DNA of 64,000 bases, taken from contig JAZSDN010000003.1 in NCBI GenBank assembly GCA_045531205.1, positions 17,281 to 81,280 of the forward strand, in the 5' to 3' direction. Positions 9,110-21,772 of the stretch are shown piece by piece. Both the position numbers and the translations under genes were made by a program. The stretch comes from Clostridia bacterium. Its GTDB lineage: Bacteria > Bacillota > Clostridia > UMGS1883 > UMGS1540. Within the stretch, counting starts at the first letter, position 1. Each line of letters opens with the position of its first letter. The notes under the pieces were generated by a model. It was not told the origin of the DNA and ran no database searches. It saw only the letters and a list, made by a program, of their open reading frames with translations.

Positions 9110-10327
9110 ATGACATATAAACACACGCTCTACGCGTCCTACATAGCATATATGGTACAAGCCATAACAATAAATTTTGCACCCTTAGTATTTTACCGAT
9201 TTCAAACAGAATTTGAAGTATCCCTTCAAAAAATAACGCTTATAGTATCTCTTAACTTTTTTATACAGCTTTTAACCGACCTTACAGCGGGAAAAATCAT
9301 AAAAAAAGCGGGATACAGATTTGCGGCAATAACATCACAGCTTATGTGTTCTTTAGGTCTTATTCTTTTAGGAACATTACCTTACACACTTGAAAATCCC
9401 TACACAGGCATATTAATAGCAAACTGTATAATGGCAATAGGAGCAGGACTTTTAGAAGTAATAGTAAGCCCTATAATTGAAGCATTGCCACTCGGGCAAA
9501 AAGCTTCAAGAATGAATGTTTTACATTCCTTTTATTGTTGGGGACAAATGCTTTCAGTACTTTTGTCTACCTTGTTTTTCAAGTTTGTCGGTATAAACTG
9601 CTGGCGTTATTCTGCACTTATCTGGGCAATAGTTCCAGCATCAAACTTTATTCTCTTTTTAAGAGCACCGCTTTGCACCCTGCCCGCAGACGAAAAAGGC
9701 TTACCCCTTTTAAAAACAGTAACCCTCGGCAAACTTATATTGCTTATGCTTTGTATGATGAGTGCAGGTGCGGCAGAAATTTCAATTGCACAATGGGTTT
9801 CGTTTTTTGCCGAGGCAGGACTTGGCATATCAAAAGAACTTGGTGATATTATAGGTGTTTGTACCTTTGCCGCGTTTATGGGAATATCAAGAATATTCTA
9901 CAGCGTGTTTGATAAAAAAATAAACCTCGAAAAACTACTCCTTTATTCTGGAATAGGAAGTGTTGTATTTTACCTTCTCACAGTTTTTTCGCCCTGGCCA
10001 ATTCTTTCGCTTATATCCTGTGCACTTATAGGTGCATCAATAGGCTCAATGTGGCCGGGAATAATAAGCCTTTCAGTAAAAACCTTTCCAATGGCAGGGG
10101 CAGCACTTTTTGGGCTTATAGCCTTTTCGGGAGATTTTGGTTGTACCGCGGGTCCCGGTATAGTGGGACTTGTATCAGATAAAATGATAACCTTGGGCTT
10201 CACCACAGAGTATGCGTTAAAAACAGGTATATTCGGAGCAACAGTTTTCCCTGTAATATTTTTAATAAGTATATGTTTAATTAACATAAAAAACCGAAAA
10301 AAGGTGAATAAATGTTTGGATATGTAA
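9110..10327 (+). CDS. MFS transporter
   Basis: About 12 TM segments. Start placed at the ATG at 9110 rather than the TTG at 9098. Confidence 0.75.
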   Translation: MTYKHTLYASYIAYMVQAITINFAPLVFYRFQTEFEVSLQKITLIVSLNFFIQLLTDLTAGKIIKKAGYRFAAITSQLMCSLGLILLGTLPYTLENPYTGILIANCIMAIGAGLLEVIVSPIIEALPLGQKASRMNVLHSFYCWGQMLSVLLSTLFFKFVGINCWRYSALIWAIVPASNFILFLRAPLCTLPADEKGLPLLKTVTLGKLILLMLCMMSAGAAEISIAQWVSFFAEAGLGISKELGDIIGVCTFAAFMGISRIFYSVFDKKINLEKLLLYSGIGSVVFYLLTVFSPWPILSLISCALIGASIGSMWPGIISLSVKTFPMAGAALFGLIAFSGDFGCTAGPGIVGLVSDKMITLGFTTEYALKTGIFGATVFPVIFLISICLINIKNRKKVNKCLDM

Positions 10328-11121
10328 CAACAAACTTAAAAACTTTGTCGCAAACCGATAAAGAAAGATATCGTGCATATTATTGCGGTTTATGTCACGC
10401 ACTAAAAGAAGATTATGGGCGCTTAGGGCAAATGGCATTAAATTACGATGTAACCTTTCTTTATATTTTTCTTTCGGTTTATTATAAGCAAAGCGAGAAC
10501 TTTTTAAAAACAAAATGTGTTCTTCACCCCATAAAAGAACATAGCTTTGCAGAAAACTCTTTTGCAGGGTATTGTGCAGCAGTGAATATAATGCTTTTTT
10601 ACTTAAAGTTTTTGGATAACTGGAACGACGATAAAAATTTGCTATCCCTTGCCGAAAGTAAAATGTATAAAAAAAGCTTTAACAAGGCTTGTAAAATGTA
10701 CCCCGATAAAGCAAATGCAATTAAAGAATCACTTGATGAGCTTGCAAAAATCGAAAAGGATAATATATTAAATCCCGATATAGCAGCAAAGACCTTCGGC
10801 AATTTAATGGGCAGCCTTTTTGCTGCTGTGAATGATGGCAATAAAAATAAGCTTTACTCATTTGGCTTTGCACTTGGTAAATTCATTTATATAATGGATG
10901 CCTGCGTAGATTTAAAGCACGATATAAAACACCAAAGCTATAATCCGATGATATTTACACAATCAAAGGATTTTGAACCAATATTAAAAATGCTTATGAC
11001 AGATTGCATAAAAGCCCTGACAGATTTAAATATTTCCGATACCCTTATACAAAACATACTTTGCGAGGGCATCTGGACAAGATTTTACATGAAATTTTTC
11101 AAGGAGAAAAAAGATGAATAA
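10312..11121 (+). CDS. DUF5685 family protein
   Basis: N-terminus MFGYV...[12 protein letters not shown]...LNYDVTFL is characteristic of the family. Overlaps neighbouring genes at both ends. Confidence 0.65.
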   Translation: MFGYVTTNLKTLSQTDKERYRAYYCGLCHALKEDYGRLGQMALNYDVTFLYIFLSVYYKQSENFLKTKCVLHPIKEHSFAENSFAGYCAAVNIMLFYLKFLDNWNDDKNLLSLAESKMYKKSFNKACKMYPDKANAIKESLDELAKIEKDNILNPDIAAKTFGNLMGSLFAAVNDGNKNKLYSFGFALGKFIYIMDACVDLKHDIKHQSYNPMIFTQSKDFEPILKMLMTDCIKALTDLNISDTLIQNILCEGIWTRFYMKFFKEKKDE

Positions 11122-11788
11122 AGACCCCTATGAGATTTTAGGAGTATCAAAAAACGCAAGCGAAGAAGAAATAACAAAAGCTTACCGAAAGCTTGCAAAA
11201 AAATATCACCCCGATTTAAATCCAAATAACCCTGCAGCGGCAGAAAAAATGAGCGAGATTAACGCAGCCTACGATGCAATTAAAAGCGGCAAAGCAAACT
11301 ATTCCGGCTCATCGTATAATACCTATTCAGGAAATAACACCTATGGCGGTTCATCCTGGGGACCATTCGGGTACGACCCGTTTGGCGGCTCTTATAACGG
11401 TAACTCTTATGGTGGCAACACAAGCTCACGCTTTGCACCCGTTATAAATTATATACGAGCAGGCCATTTTGCAGAAGCTATAAATGTTTTAAATTCAATG
11501 TCAGACAGAAGTGCCGAGTGGTACTATTACAGTGCAATTGCAAATTACGGAATAGGGAATAAAGTAACAGCACTAAACCACGCAAAAGTTGCCTGCAGTA
11601 TGGAACCTGGTAATTTCCAGTACCAAAACCTCTTAAATCAAATACAAAATGGAGGCAGTGCATATTCAGGCTCTTATTCAACCTTTACACCCTGCAGCTT
11701 TTCTTACGGAAGCAGGAATCCGTTTTTGTCCTATCTTATGCAGCTTTTCTTGTGCTGGTGCTGTTGCGGCAGAGGTTGTATTTGTTAA
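11114..11788 (+). CDS. J-domain protein with G/S/Y/N-rich linker, TPR-like region and cysteine-rich hydrophobic C-terminus
   Basis: J domain DPYEILGV...KKYHPDLNP (HPD motif). C-terminal tail [14 protein letters not shown]. Confidence 0.85.
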   Translation: MNKDPYEILGVSKNASEEEITKAYRKLAKKYHPDLNPNNPAAAEKMSEINAAYDAIKSGKANYSGSSYNTYSGNNTYGGSSWGPFGYDPFGGSYNGNSYGGNTSSRFAPVINYIRAGHFAEAINVLNSMSDRSAEWYYYSAIANYGIGNKVTALNHAKVACSMEPGNFQYQNLLNQIQNGGSAYSGSYSTFTPCSFSYGSRNPFLSYLMQLFLCWCCCGRGCIC

Positions 11789-11803
11789 TAAAAGGAGATA
11801 AAA

Positions 11804-12211
11804 ATGAACAATTTAAGATATAAACTTTTAAGATTTATGTATGGCAGAAACGGTGTTGATGCACTGTCAAAATTTTTAACCTATATATACTTTGCACTCT
11901 GGCTTGTAAATCTTTTTGTAAGAAGCAGTATACTTTCATCTGTAAGCTTGTTGCTTTTTGTTTATATATTTTTCAGAATATTCTCAAAAAATCTCTATAA
12001 ACGCCAAAGCGAAAATATGAAATATATAAGTATTAAAAGCAAATTTATGTCACGCTTTAATTTAAGAAAACGCAAATTTGCAGAAAGAAAAACACATATC
12101 TATCGCAAATGCCCTTCCTGCAAAGCAGTTATAAGACTTCCCCGCAAAAAGGGCAAACATATCTGTACCTGCCCCAAGTGCAGAAAAGACTTTAAAGTCC
12201 GCGTATTATAA
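11804..12211 (+). CDS. Membrane protein with C-terminal zinc ribbon
   Basis: Two TM helices, then CPSCK...CTCPKCR (CxxC...CxxC). AGGAGA RBS 6 nt upstream. Confidence 0.6.
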   Translation: MNNLRYKLLRFMYGRNGVDALSKFLTYIYFALWLVNLFVRSSILSSVSLLLFVYIFFRIFSKNLYKRQSENMKYISIKSKFMSRFNLRKRKFAERKTHIYRKCPSCKAVIRLPRKKGKHICTCPKCRKDFKVRVL

Positions 12212-12215
12212 AACT

Positions 12216-12248
12216 AAAAAAACAGGTTCCTTTCGAACCTGTTTTTTT
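12216..12248 (+). terminator. Rho-independent terminator
   Basis: ACAGGTTC / GAACCTGT stem with an A-run before and a T-run after. Confidence 0.8.
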
Positions 12249-12334
12249 AGTTTGACGCCCCATTTTGTAACTTTTTTTGGCTTTTTGTCATAAACTGACA
12301 GTAGAAATATGCAAAATTTACGGAGAAGGTAAAA

Positions 12335-12562
12335 ATGGTTAAAACGCTTAACGATATAAAACCGGGCGAAGAAGCTCTGGTAAAAGAACTTTTATCAAAG
12401 GGGAGTATACGCCGAAGATTGCTCGATATAGGTTTAATCGAAAATACAAAAGTAAAATGTCTTGGAAGAAGTCCTTTAGGCGACCCTTCTGCATATCTTA
12501 TAAGAGGAGCAGTTATAGCAATACGTTCAGAAGACTCTGAAAATATTATTATAAAAAATTAG
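12335..12562 (+). CDS. feoA: Ferrous iron transport protein A
   Basis: 75-aa SH3-like FeoA directly upstream of feoB. Confidence 0.85.
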   Translation: MVKTLNDIKPGEEALVKELLSKGSIRRRLLDIGLIENTKVKCLGRSPLGDPSAYLIRGAVIAIRSEDSENIIIKN

Positions 12563-12570
12563 GAGGGATT

Positions 12571-14700
12571 ATGGGACTTACAAATAAATCGGTAGGATTT
12601 GGGGCAGTGTCTTCAAGTCTTGATATACGAAAACAAACAAAAAACGATATCGTAGTAGCACTTGCAGGCAACCCAAACGTTGGTAAAAGCACTATTTTTA
12701 ATGCTTTGACAGGACTGAATCAGCATACAGGCAACTGGCCCGGAAAAACCGTTACAAACGCACAAGGTTATACAAAAGGAAAAAAACATAACTTTGTTTT
12801 GGTGGATATTCCGGGCACATATTCTCTTATGGCACATTCGGGAGAAGAAGAAATAGCACGCAATTTTATATGCTTTGCAAAACCTGATTTGGTTGTGGTA
12901 GTGTGCGATGCCACCTGCCTTGAAAGAAATTTAAATCTTGTTTTGCAAACTATGGAAATATCTTCAAATGTAATAGTTTGCTTAAATCTTATGGACGAGG
13001 CAAAAAGAAAAAATATAAAAATAAATACAAAACTCATTTCAAAAAGACTGGGCGTTCCAATTATAGAAACAGTTGCCCATAAAAAGAAAACCCTTTCTTC
13101 TTTAGTGGCACAAATGGAAAAAAACAGCCTGCCAAAAGAACAAAGCTTTCTTAAAATTGAATATGACTTAAAAATAGAAGAAGCGGTAAGCTTTATCGAA
13201 GAAGAGCTTTTAGATGTTGATACAAAGGGAATAAATAAAAGATGGCTTGCCTTGAAACTTCTTGATGAAGATGAGTCTTTAAAAAACGAAATTGAAAATT
13301 GTCTTGGTAAAGATTTTCTTCAAGATATTACACCAAAAATAAATAAGGCAAGAGAGGAGCTTACAAAAAAAGGAATAGACAGCGAAAAATTAAAGGACCT
13401 TACAGTTTCAGCTTTAGTAAAAAAAGCATCGGATATTTGCGATGGTGCAGTTACATACGAAAAAGAAAAACAAAATAATTTTGACCGAAAAATGGATAAA
13501 CTCTTAACAAGTAAATATACAGCATATCCTTTTATGCTTATACTTTTGGGCTTTATTTTCTGGCTTACAATACAAGGAGCAAACTATCCTTCAAAATGGC
13601 TTTCAGCCTTGTTCTTTTTCATTGAAGAAAAGCTTTTTCTTCTCTTTGAGCTTTTAAAAGCCCCACCGTACATTACCGATATGCTTGTAAACGGAGTGTA
13701 TAAAGTCCTTTCATGGGTAGTATCAGTAATGTTACCGCCAATGGCGATATTTTTTCCGCTCTTTACTTTACTTGAAGATGCGGGATATCTTCCAAGGGTT
13801 GCATATAATCTTGATAAACCCTTTAAAAAATGCTGTGCCTGCGGCAAACAGGCACTAACAATGTGTATGGGATTTGGTTGTAACGCAGCAGGAGTAGTGG
13901 GTGCCAGAATAATAGACTCATCCCGAGAACGTCTGCTTGCGATTTTAACAAACAATTTTGTACCCTGTAACGGCAGATTTCCAACCCTCATATCAATAAT
14001 TACAATGTTTTTTGTGTGGCAAAAAGGATTTTCAGGCTCAATTTTATCAGCACTTATGCTTATGCTTGTAATTGTGCTTGGGGTAGGGGTTACTTTTATT
14101 GCAACGACAGTCTTGTCAAAAACTCTTTTAAAGGGAGTGCCGTCATCATTCACACTCGAGCTTCCGCCTTATCGAAAACCGCGTATAGGAGAGGTTATTG
14201 TACATTCTATTTTTGACAGAACACTTTTTGTTTTGGGGAGAGCCGTTATAGTAGCTGCCCCCGCAGGTCTTATTATATGGCTTATGGCAAATGCAAAAAT
14301 AGACGGAGTAAGTCTTTTGAATATATGTTCCAATTTTTTAGACCCTTTTGCCCGCCTTTTGGGACTTGACGGAATAATATTATTTGCATTTATTTTGGGA
14401 TTCCCCGCAAACGAAATAGTACTGCCCATAATTTTAATGGCATATACTTCGGCAGGCACACTTATCGAAATGGACTCTCTTTCAGCAATGCGTGATATTT
14501 TAATACAAAACGGCTGGACGCAGATTACAGCACTAAACACAATGCTCTTTTCTTTAATGCACTTTCCTTGCTCTACAACCCTTATAACAATAAAAAAAGA
14601 AACAGGGAGTATATGGTGGACTCTGCTTGCTTTTTTACTTCCCACAGTTACAGGAATAATTTTCTGTATGACAATAAATTTTATTGCAAAAATTTTCTAA
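12571..14700 (+). CDS. feoB: Ferrous iron transporter B
   Basis: N-terminal G domain (GNPNVGKSTIFNALTG, DIPGTYSL) plus a polytopic permease domain. Confidence 0.95.
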   Translation: MGLTNKSVGFGAVSSSLDIRKQTKNDIVVALAGNPNVGKSTIFNALTGLNQHTGNWPGKTVTNAQGYTKGKKHNFVLVDIPGTYSLMAHSGEEEIARNFICFAKPDLVVVVCDATCLERNLNLVLQTMEISSNVIVCLNLMDEAKRKNIKINTKLISKRLGVPIIETVAHKKKTLSSLVAQMEKNSLPKEQSFLKIEYDLKIEEAVSFIEEELLDVDTKGINKRWLALKLLDEDESLKNEIENCLGKDFLQDITPKINKAREELTKKGIDSEKLKDLTVSALVKKASDICDGAVTYEKEKQNNFDRKMDKLLTSKYTAYPFMLILLGFIFWLTIQGANYPSKWLSALFFFIEEKLFLLFELLKAPPYITDMLVNGVYKVLSWVVSVMLPPMAIFFPLFTLLEDAGYLPRVAYNLDKPFKKCCACGKQALTMCMGFGCNAAGVVGARIIDSSRERLLAILTNNFVPCNGRFPTLISIITMFFVWQKGFSGSILSALMLMLVIVLGVGVTFIATTVLSKTLLKGVPSSFTLELPPYRKPRIGEVIVHSIFDRTLFVLGRAVIVAAPAGLIIWLMANAKIDGVSLLNICSNFLDPFARLLGLDGIILFAFILGFPANEIVLPIILMAYTSAGTLIEMDSLSAMRDILIQNGWTQITALNTMLFSLMHFPCSTTLITIKKETGSIWWTLLAFLLPTVTGIIFCMTINFIAKIF

Positions 14701-14760
14701 ATAATGTATAATTTAAGGGACAGTGAATACTGTCCCTGTTTTTATAAGGAGGATATTAAA

Positions 14761-16923
14761 ATGGCACTTGATAAAATATCAGCAATACTTTTAGAAGAAT
14801 TTAAATTAAAGGAATTTCAGGTGGTAAACACCTTAAAGCTTATAGATGAAGGAAATACAATACCCTTTATAGCACGTTACCGAAAAGAAGCAACAGGCGA
14901 GCTTTCTGACGAAACATTAAGAAACTTAAACGACAGATTACAGTATCTTCGCAATCTTGAAGAAAAAAGAGAAGAAATAATCCGTCATATTGATGAACAG
15001 GGCAAGCTTACAGACGAGCTTTTGCAAAGTATACAAAATGCAAAAACACCCACAGAGCTTGCAGATATCTACCGTCCCTATCAGCCAAAACGCCGTACCC
15101 GTGCAACCATTGCAAAAGAAAAGGGGCTTGAACCTTTGGCGGAGCTTTTGCTTATGCAAAACGAAAATATAAACCCAAAAGCAGAAGCAGAAAAGTTTAT
15201 AAACGAAAATGTAGAAAATGCAGACGATGCACTAAGTGGTGCAATGGATATAATAGCAGAATTTATTTCGGATAACCCCGATTACAGAAAAAAGATACGT
15301 TCTATTACATATATGCAGGGAATATTATCCTTAAAAAAAGCAAAAGATGAAGATAGCGTCTACAGTATGTACTACGATTTTTCAGAAGCTGTAAATAAAA
15401 TAGCAAACCACAGAGTACTTGCAGTAAACCGCGGAGAAAAAGAAGGCTTCTTAAAATGTAATATAGATATTACCGAAAATTTGTGCGAAGATTATCTTGT
15501 GTCGCAAACAGTAAAAACCCCCATTACAGCATCGGGAGAATATGTGGCACTTTCGGCAAAAGATTCATATAAAAGACTTATATCACCTTCAATAGAAACA
15601 GAAATAAGAAACCTTTTGACAGAAAGAGCAGAAGAATCGGCAATAAAAGTCTTCTCAAAAAATCTTTCGGGACTTTTGCTCTGCGCTCCCGTACGCGGAA
15701 AAACAGTGTTAGGACTTGACCCGGGGTATCGCACAGGCTGTAAAGTTGCAGTAGTAGACGAAACGGGCAAGGTTTTAGATACAAACGTAATATATTGTAC
15801 ACTTCCTAATCACGATAAAGAAAAGGCAAAACTCATATTAAAATCAATGGTAGAAAAAAATCGTGTAGATTTAGTGTCAATAGGTAACGGCACAGCATCA
15901 GGCGAAACCGAAATGGTAGTGGCAGAGCTTATAGCAGAGCATTGCCCAAATTTAAAATATCTTATAGTAAGCGAAGCGGGAGCATCTGTATATTCAGCAT
16001 CAAAGCTTGCAAGCAAGGAATTTCCTGAATATGACGTATCACTCCGAAGTGCGGTTTCTATAGCAAGAAGACTTCAGGACCCACTTGCCGAGCTTGTTAA
16101 AATAGAACCAAAGGCTATAGGGGTAGGGCAGTACCAGCACGATATGAACCAGAAAAAACTTGGCGAAGCACTTGGCGGAGTAGTAGAAGACTGTGTAAAC
16201 AGCGTAGGTATTGATTTAAATACAGCATCGCCTTCACTTCTTTCTTATGTTGCAGGAATAAACTCTTCAATAGCAGAAAACATAACAGCATACAGAGAAG
16301 AAAACGGAAAGTTCAAAAACCGTAAAGAACTTTTAAAGGTTCCCCGCCTTGGCGAAAAGGCATTCTTGCAGTGTGCGGGCTTTATGAGAATTAACGACGG
16401 TAACAATGTTTTTGACAATACCTTTGTTCATCCCGAAAGCTATGAAGTTGCAGAAAATCTTATAACAAAGCTTGGTTATGAGTTAAAGGATGTTGAGGAA
16501 GGTAAAATAGAAGACATACAAAGCCGCCTTGCACAGCATAATATAGAAGAGCTTGCAACAGAACTTAAAACAGGCGTACCTACATTGCGTGATATATGTA
16601 CAAGCCTTTTAAAGAAGGGAAGAGACCCGCGTGAAGAATTACCCGCACCCGATTTTAAATCCAGAGTTTTAAGCATAAGTGATTTAAAACCAGGAATGAT
16701 AATGAAGGGAACTGTCCGCAACGTAATAGACTTTGGTGCCTTTGTTGACATAGGCGTTCATCAGGACGGGCTCGTTCACATTTCACAAATCTGTGACAAG
16801 TATATAAAGCATCCGCTTGAAGTCTTAAAAGTAGGCGACAGAGTAAATGTAAAAATACTTGAAATTGATGAAAATAAAAAAAGAATTTCACTTACAATGA
16901 GAGAACTTGACAATCGAAAATAA
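14761..16923 (+). CDS. tex: Tex-like transcription accessory protein (S1 RNA-binding)
   Basis: Start at the ATG at 14761 after AGGAGGA. Tex N-terminal region, YqgF-like and HhH regions, and a C-terminal S1 domain (GTVRNVIDFGAFVDIG). Confidence 0.9.
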   Translation: MALDKISAILLEEFKLKEFQVVNTLKLIDEGNTIPFIARYRKEATGELSDETLRNLNDRLQYLRNLEEKREEIIRHIDEQGKLTDELLQSIQNAKTPTELADIYRPYQPKRRTRATIAKEKGLEPLAELLLMQNENINPKAEAEKFINENVENADDALSGAMDIIAEFISDNPDYRKKIRSITYMQGILSLKKAKDEDSVYSMYYDFSEAVNKIANHRVLAVNRGEKEGFLKCNIDITENLCEDYLVSQTVKTPITASGEYVALSAKDSYKRLISPSIETEIRNLLTERAEESAIKVFSKNLSGLLLCAPVRGKTVLGLDPGYRTGCKVAVVDETGKVLDTNVIYCTLPNHDKEKAKLILKSMVEKNRVDLVSIGNGTASGETEMVVAELIAEHCPNLKYLIVSEAGASVYSASKLASKEFPEYDVSLRSAVSIARRLQDPLAELVKIEPKAIGVGQYQHDMNQKKLGEALGGVVEDCVNSVGIDLNTASPSLLSYVAGINSSIAENITAYREENGKFKNRKELLKVPRLGEKAFLQCAGFMRINDGNNVFDNTFVHPESYEVAENLITKLGYELKDVEEGKIEDIQSRLAQHNIEELATELKTGVPTLRDICTSLLKKGRDPREELPAPDFKSRVLSISDLKPGMIMKGTVRNVIDFGAFVDIGVHQDGLVHISQICDKYIKHPLEVLKVGDRVNVKILEIDENKKRISLTMRELDNRK

Positions 16924-16961
16924 AATTTCAAACAAAAAATGTAAATTTTTTGCGAAAACTA

Positions 16962-16990
16962 TTGTAATTTATAACAAAAAATGTTAAAAT
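16962..16990 (+). promoter_or_regulatory. Candidate sigma-A promoter of the V-ATPase operon
   Basis: TTGTAA, 17-nt spacer, TAAAAT. Confidence 0.35.
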
Positions 16991-17042
16991 TGCGTTTGAA
17001 GAGTATTATTTAATAAAAAACAGTCATAAAGCGGTGATTTAT

Positions 17043-17351
17043 ATGAAAGAAATTATGGAAAAAATCAAAAAGACCGAATATGAGGCGTCACAAATGTTAA
17101 AAACTGCAAAAGAAGAGTGCGAGCAAAAACTTGCTTTTGCAAAAAAAGATGCCGAAAAAAAGGCAGAACAAATAATTTTTGAAGCAAAAAGCTTTGCAGA
17201 ACAAGCTAAAAAGGATTCACAAAGTATGGCTGAAACTTTTATAAAAGAGGCTGAAAACAAGGCTATGGCAGAGGCTTCGGAAATATCTCTGCGTGCAAAC
17301 GCAAATAAAGATTCGGCTATATCGGCAGTATTAAAAAAGCTTGCTGAATAA
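17043..17351 (+). CDS. V-type ATPase peripheral-stalk subunit (G/H type; first gene of ntp-like operon)
   Basis: About 100-aa all-helical K/E/A-rich protein in the position of the first gene of the Enterococcus hirae ntp operon. Start ambiguous (GTG 17034 or ATG 17043). Confidence 0.55.
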   Translation: MKEIMEKIKKTEYEASQMLKTAKEECEQKLAFAKKDAEKKAEQIIFEAKSFAEQAKKDSQSMAETFIKEAENKAMAEASEISLRANANKDSAISAVLKKLAE

Positions 17352-17375
17352 AAGATTAAAAAAGTAGGTAGTATT

Positions 17376-19873
<2,498 letters not shown>

Positions 19874-19884
19874 GAGGTAGTGTA

Positions 19885-20472
19885 ATGGGAATTGAAAAAA
19901 TAACCGACGAAATAATAAAAGAGGCGCGCACACAGGCAGAAGAACTTCAAAAAGAATACGATTCAAAAATAAAAGAAATAACCGATAGAATTCTTTTTGA
20001 TGCACAAAAAGAAAAAGAAACCATTGTTTCAAAAATAGATAAAGATAAAGCTTCTGCAGAAACTATGGCAAAATCTTCGGCAGATTTAAAAGCACGCAGA
20101 ATAATTCTTGAAGCAAAACAAAAGGTTATATCTGATATCAAAGAAGGAATAACCGATGCAATCTTAAAAATGCCAAAAGAAGAATATTTTGACTTTTTGC
20201 TCTCTCTTTTAAAGAAAAAAATAACGGGAGCAGAAGGAACGCTTTGCTTTAACACGGCTGACTTAAAAAATATGCCGGCAGATTTTTTAGAAAAGGTTAA
20301 CCAAATTGCATCCCCTTTAGGCGGAAAAATAACCCTTTCAAAAGAAACAGCCGATATAGACGGTGGATTTTTGCTTTCTTATGGAGATGTAGTTGAAAAT
20401 ACATCACTTAAAGCACTTATAAACGAAAACAGCGATACAATATCGGATATTATAAGCAAAACAGTTTTCTGA
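19885..20472 (+). CDS. ntpE: V-type ATPase subunit E
   Basis: 195 aa with a long N-terminal helix and a globular C-terminus; operon position. Confidence 0.8.
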   Translation: MGIEKITDEIIKEARTQAEELQKEYDSKIKEITDRILFDAQKEKETIVSKIDKDKASAETMAKSSADLKARRIILEAKQKVISDIKEGITDAILKMPKEEYFDFLLSLLKKKITGAEGTLCFNTADLKNMPADFLEKVNQIASPLGGKITLSKETADIDGGFLLSYGDVVENTSLKALINENSDTISDIISKTVF

Positions 20473-20497
20473 TTTTCGGAAAGGAAGGTTAGGGCGT

Positions 20498-21448
20498 ATG
20501 GAAAATTATGCTTACGCTGTAGCCCGCATAAGGGCACTCGAAATAAATCTTATAACCAATGCCGATATCGACAGACTTATGGCTTGTGGCGATACCGAAA
20601 GTTCATTGCGCCTTCTTTCTGAAAAAGGCTGGGATACCGAAAATTATGAACTTATGTTTTCAAAGGAAAGAGAAAAAACATGGAAAACGGTAAACGAGCT
20701 TATTGATGTTTCATTACTTTCGGTTTTTTCGTTTGAAAAAGATTTTCATAATTTAAAAGCAGCAATAAAAAGTCTTATAACAAACGATATACCAGACGGA
20801 ATTTTTTATCTAGACGCATCTTTTGATAAAGATACACTTTTAAGTGCGGTAACCGAAAAAGCGTTTGAAAAACTTCCAAAGTATATGCAGTCTCCTGCAC
20901 AGGAAGCGTATGAAACGCTGATGCACACAAGCGACGGACAGCTTTGCGATATGATACTCGATAAAGCAACCCTTCTTGCAATAAAAGAAGCGGCAGAAAA
21001 TTCAAAAGAAGAAATACTTAAAGATTATGCAAAATCTTATATCGAAACCGCAAACATAAAAATAGCGGTACGCTGTGCAAAAACAAATAAAAGTGAAGAA
21101 TTTACTTTTAATGCTCTGGCACCGTGCGACAGTATAAATATTCGCGATTTGTCAAGGGCAGCAGCCGGTGGGGCAGAAGAATTAGCAGAATATCTTTCAG
21201 AAAGCGGATTTTCAAAAGCTGTAGAGAAGCTTAAAAAATCGGTAAACGCTTTTGAGTGTTGGTGTGATAATAACATAATAGATGCAATTCTCCCTCAAAA
21301 ATACAATCCGTTTTCAGCAGGACCTGTAATTGCATATTATCTCGCACGCGAAAACGAAATAAAAACGGTTAAAATTATTTTAACCTGTAAACAAAACGGC
21401 TTTTCTGACGAAAGTATCAGGGAAAGGGTAAGGAAAATGTATGAGTAA
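20498..21448 (+). CDS. ntpC: V-type ATPase subunit C (d-type)
   Basis: N-terminus YAYAVARIRALE is typical; operon position. Confidence 0.8.
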   Translation: MENYAYAVARIRALEINLITNADIDRLMACGDTESSLRLLSEKGWDTENYELMFSKEREKTWKTVNELIDVSLLSVFSFEKDFHNLKAAIKSLITNDIPDGIFYLDASFDKDTLLSAVTEKAFEKLPKYMQSPAQEAYETLMHTSDGQLCDMILDKATLLAIKEAAENSKEEILKDYAKSYIETANIKIAVRCAKTNKSEEFTFNALAPCDSINIRDLSRAAAGGAEELAEYLSESGFSKAVEKLKKSVNAFECWCDNNIIDAILPQKYNPFSAGPVIAYYLARENEIKTVKIILTCKQNGFSDESIRERVRKMYE

Positions 21449-21761
21449 AGTAGCAGTAATGGGCGATTATGACAGTATATACGGCTTTGCGGCAATCGGA
21501 CTCGAGATATTTCCCGAAACTCAGCCCGAAAAAGCAGCAGAAAAGCTTAAAAATCTGGCAGAAGCCGGATATATGGTCATTTATATAACAGAAAATTTAG
21601 CCTCAAAAATCAGCGAAGAAATAGCTGAATATAAAACCCGTATATTGCCGTCAATAATTTTGATTCCCGGAGTAGTGGGAAATACGGGCGAAGGTATAAT
21701 AAACGTAAAAAAATCGGTTGAACAGGCAGTAGGTTCTGACATATTGTTCTCTGATAAATAA
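21441..21761 (+). CDS. V-type ATPase subunit F
   Basis: 106 aa. [18 protein letters not shown] is typical of subunit F. Confidence 0.8.
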   Translation: MSKVAVMGDYDSIYGFAAIGLEIFPETQPEKAAEKLKNLAEAGYMVIYITENLASKISEEIAEYKTRILPSIILIPGVVGNTGEGIINVKKSVEQAVGSDILFSDK

Positions 21762-21772
21762 GAGGTGTTATT

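Noticed and set aside
12286-12300. TGTCA-N5-TGACA inverted repeat upstream of feoA, considered as a possible Fur box
   Set aside because: It is only 5+5 nt and does not resemble the GATAATGATAATCATTATC-type Fur consensus. A match this short could easily occur by chance.
13584-14153. 189-aa antisense ORF inside feoB. Similar antisense ORFs lie at 25941-26627 in GH1, 35907-36407, 262-687, 2797-3285 and 42226-42594.
   Set aside because: These are shadow ORFs opposite well-supported genes. They have no RBS and low-complexity or hydrophobic junk translations.
14704-14760. Upstream extensions of several ORFs: tex from 14704, mreC from 1490, tlyA up to 55595, nadE up to 59356, thiT from 62883, MFS from 9098
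   Set aside because: In each case an internal ATG with a better Shine-Dalgarno sequence gives the conserved N-terminus. The extensions overlap upstream genes, terminators or the riboswitch.
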